From NCBI GenBank assembly GCA_963750165.1, contig CAVVPN010000009.1:64045-128044 (forward strand): 64,000 bases of DNA, in the 5' to 3' direction. Both the position numbers and the translations under genes were made by a program. The notes beneath the pieces were generated by a model. The model ran no database searches. It was not told where the DNA came from and worked only from the letters and a program-made list of their open reading frames with translations. The DNA comes from an uncultured Gemmataceae bacterium. GTDB taxonomy: Bacteria; Planctomycetota; Planctomycetia; Gemmatales; Gemmataceae. Below are positions 63,392 through 64,000 of this stretch, in pieces (the first letter of the stretch is position 1; each line of letters starts with the position of its first letter).

Positions 63392-63712
63392 ATGTCTACT
63401 GCAACGAAAACCCGCCGCCGCGTCAAGCCCACTCGCACCATCCGCCTGAACCTGAAGCCGTTCGACGGCAACCCGGGCGTGGTGCGGATCACGGTCGGGA
63501 AGGAAACCGCGGACTATCTCCTGACCGAGATTCCGGCCGACTTCGGCCGCGGGTTCAAGGTCGAGAAGATGGGCGACGACGCCGACGGGGCTGCTTACCA
63601 CGTCAACATCGACGGCGACAACCGGACGTGCGAGTGCAAGGGGTTCGGCCGCTGGCACCATTGCCGTCACGCGGACGGGCTGGCGGCGCTGGTCAAGGCC
63701 GGCAAGGTGTAA
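63392..63712 (+). CDS. small SWIM zinc-finger protein
   Basis: YHV...TCECKGF...CRH (CxC...CxH); AAGGA RBS. Confidence 0.75.
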   Translation: MSTATKTRRRVKPTRTIRLNLKPFDGNPGVVRITVGKETADYLLTEIPADFGRGFKVEKMGDDADGAAYHVNIDGDNRTCECKGFGRWHHCRHADGLAALVKAGKV

Positions 63713-63774
63713 CCACGGGACCACGGCAGGGGGAAACGCCCGCCCCCTGCCACCCAGCGCGAAAGGTGGTCCCT

Positions 63775-64000
63775 GTGTTACTACGTCATGCGACGGTGGT
63801 TCGCAATTTGCCCAGCATCCTGAAAGGCGGCTTGCTCTGCTCCAAGAGCAAGGGCCGGCTGAAAGTGGTCTGGCTGCACACCCCGAACAAGACCACTTGG
63901 GCAACCCTCCACACGGTTCGCCGTCACGGCGGCCGCGTTGAGGCGGTCGTTGTGCTGGAAGTGTCCGTGCCGCGGCGCTGGCTGCGGCGGTCGAGGAAAG
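63775..64000 (+). CDS. ADP-ribosyltransferase-fold-like protein (partial, runs off the window)
   Basis: GTG start after AAGGTGG; MLLRHATVVRNLPSILKGGLL...VVWL...VVVLEV resembles DarT/KptA-type N-termini. Confidence 0.5.
   Translation, partial: MLLRHATVVRNLPSILKGGLLCSKSKGRLKVVWLHTPNKTTWATLHTVRRHGGRVEAVVVLEVSVPRRWLRRSRK

Overview
High-GC bacterial DNA whose gene content points to Planctomycetota, probably Gemmataceae: TIGR03000, TIGR02996 and TIGR03067-type proteins, DUF1559, ECF sigma/kinase pairs and a PVC-type CxxCH protein. All family calls are from motif recognition by eye, not database searches. About 1-43 kb is mostly chromosomal backbone (rluD, trpF, ahcY, msrB, comEA-uvrB, ligD, UDG, thiolase). 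It is dotted with REP-like palindromes, two toxin-antitoxin pairs and a promoter-equipped ~270-nt rod-shaped RNA candidate. From ~43.4 kb the window looks like an island: an IS1202/ISNCY-like IS, gene scars, and an 8.2-kb module bracketed by two identical 125-bp MITEs. That module encodes a membrane class-III cyclase-like protein, a TIR-TIR-AAA_35 ATPase and two paralogous AAA_35 membrane receptors with different external domains. It is followed by a four-gene array with conserved ends and variable middles, a tRNA-Val 3' att fragment and the regulatory end of a phage/ICE-like element. Leftover copies of a gene's 3' end recur between acquired cassettes, both at uvrB and at the TIR ATPase. About ten single frameshifts, including one in ahcY, suggest assembly indels rather than real pseudogenes.
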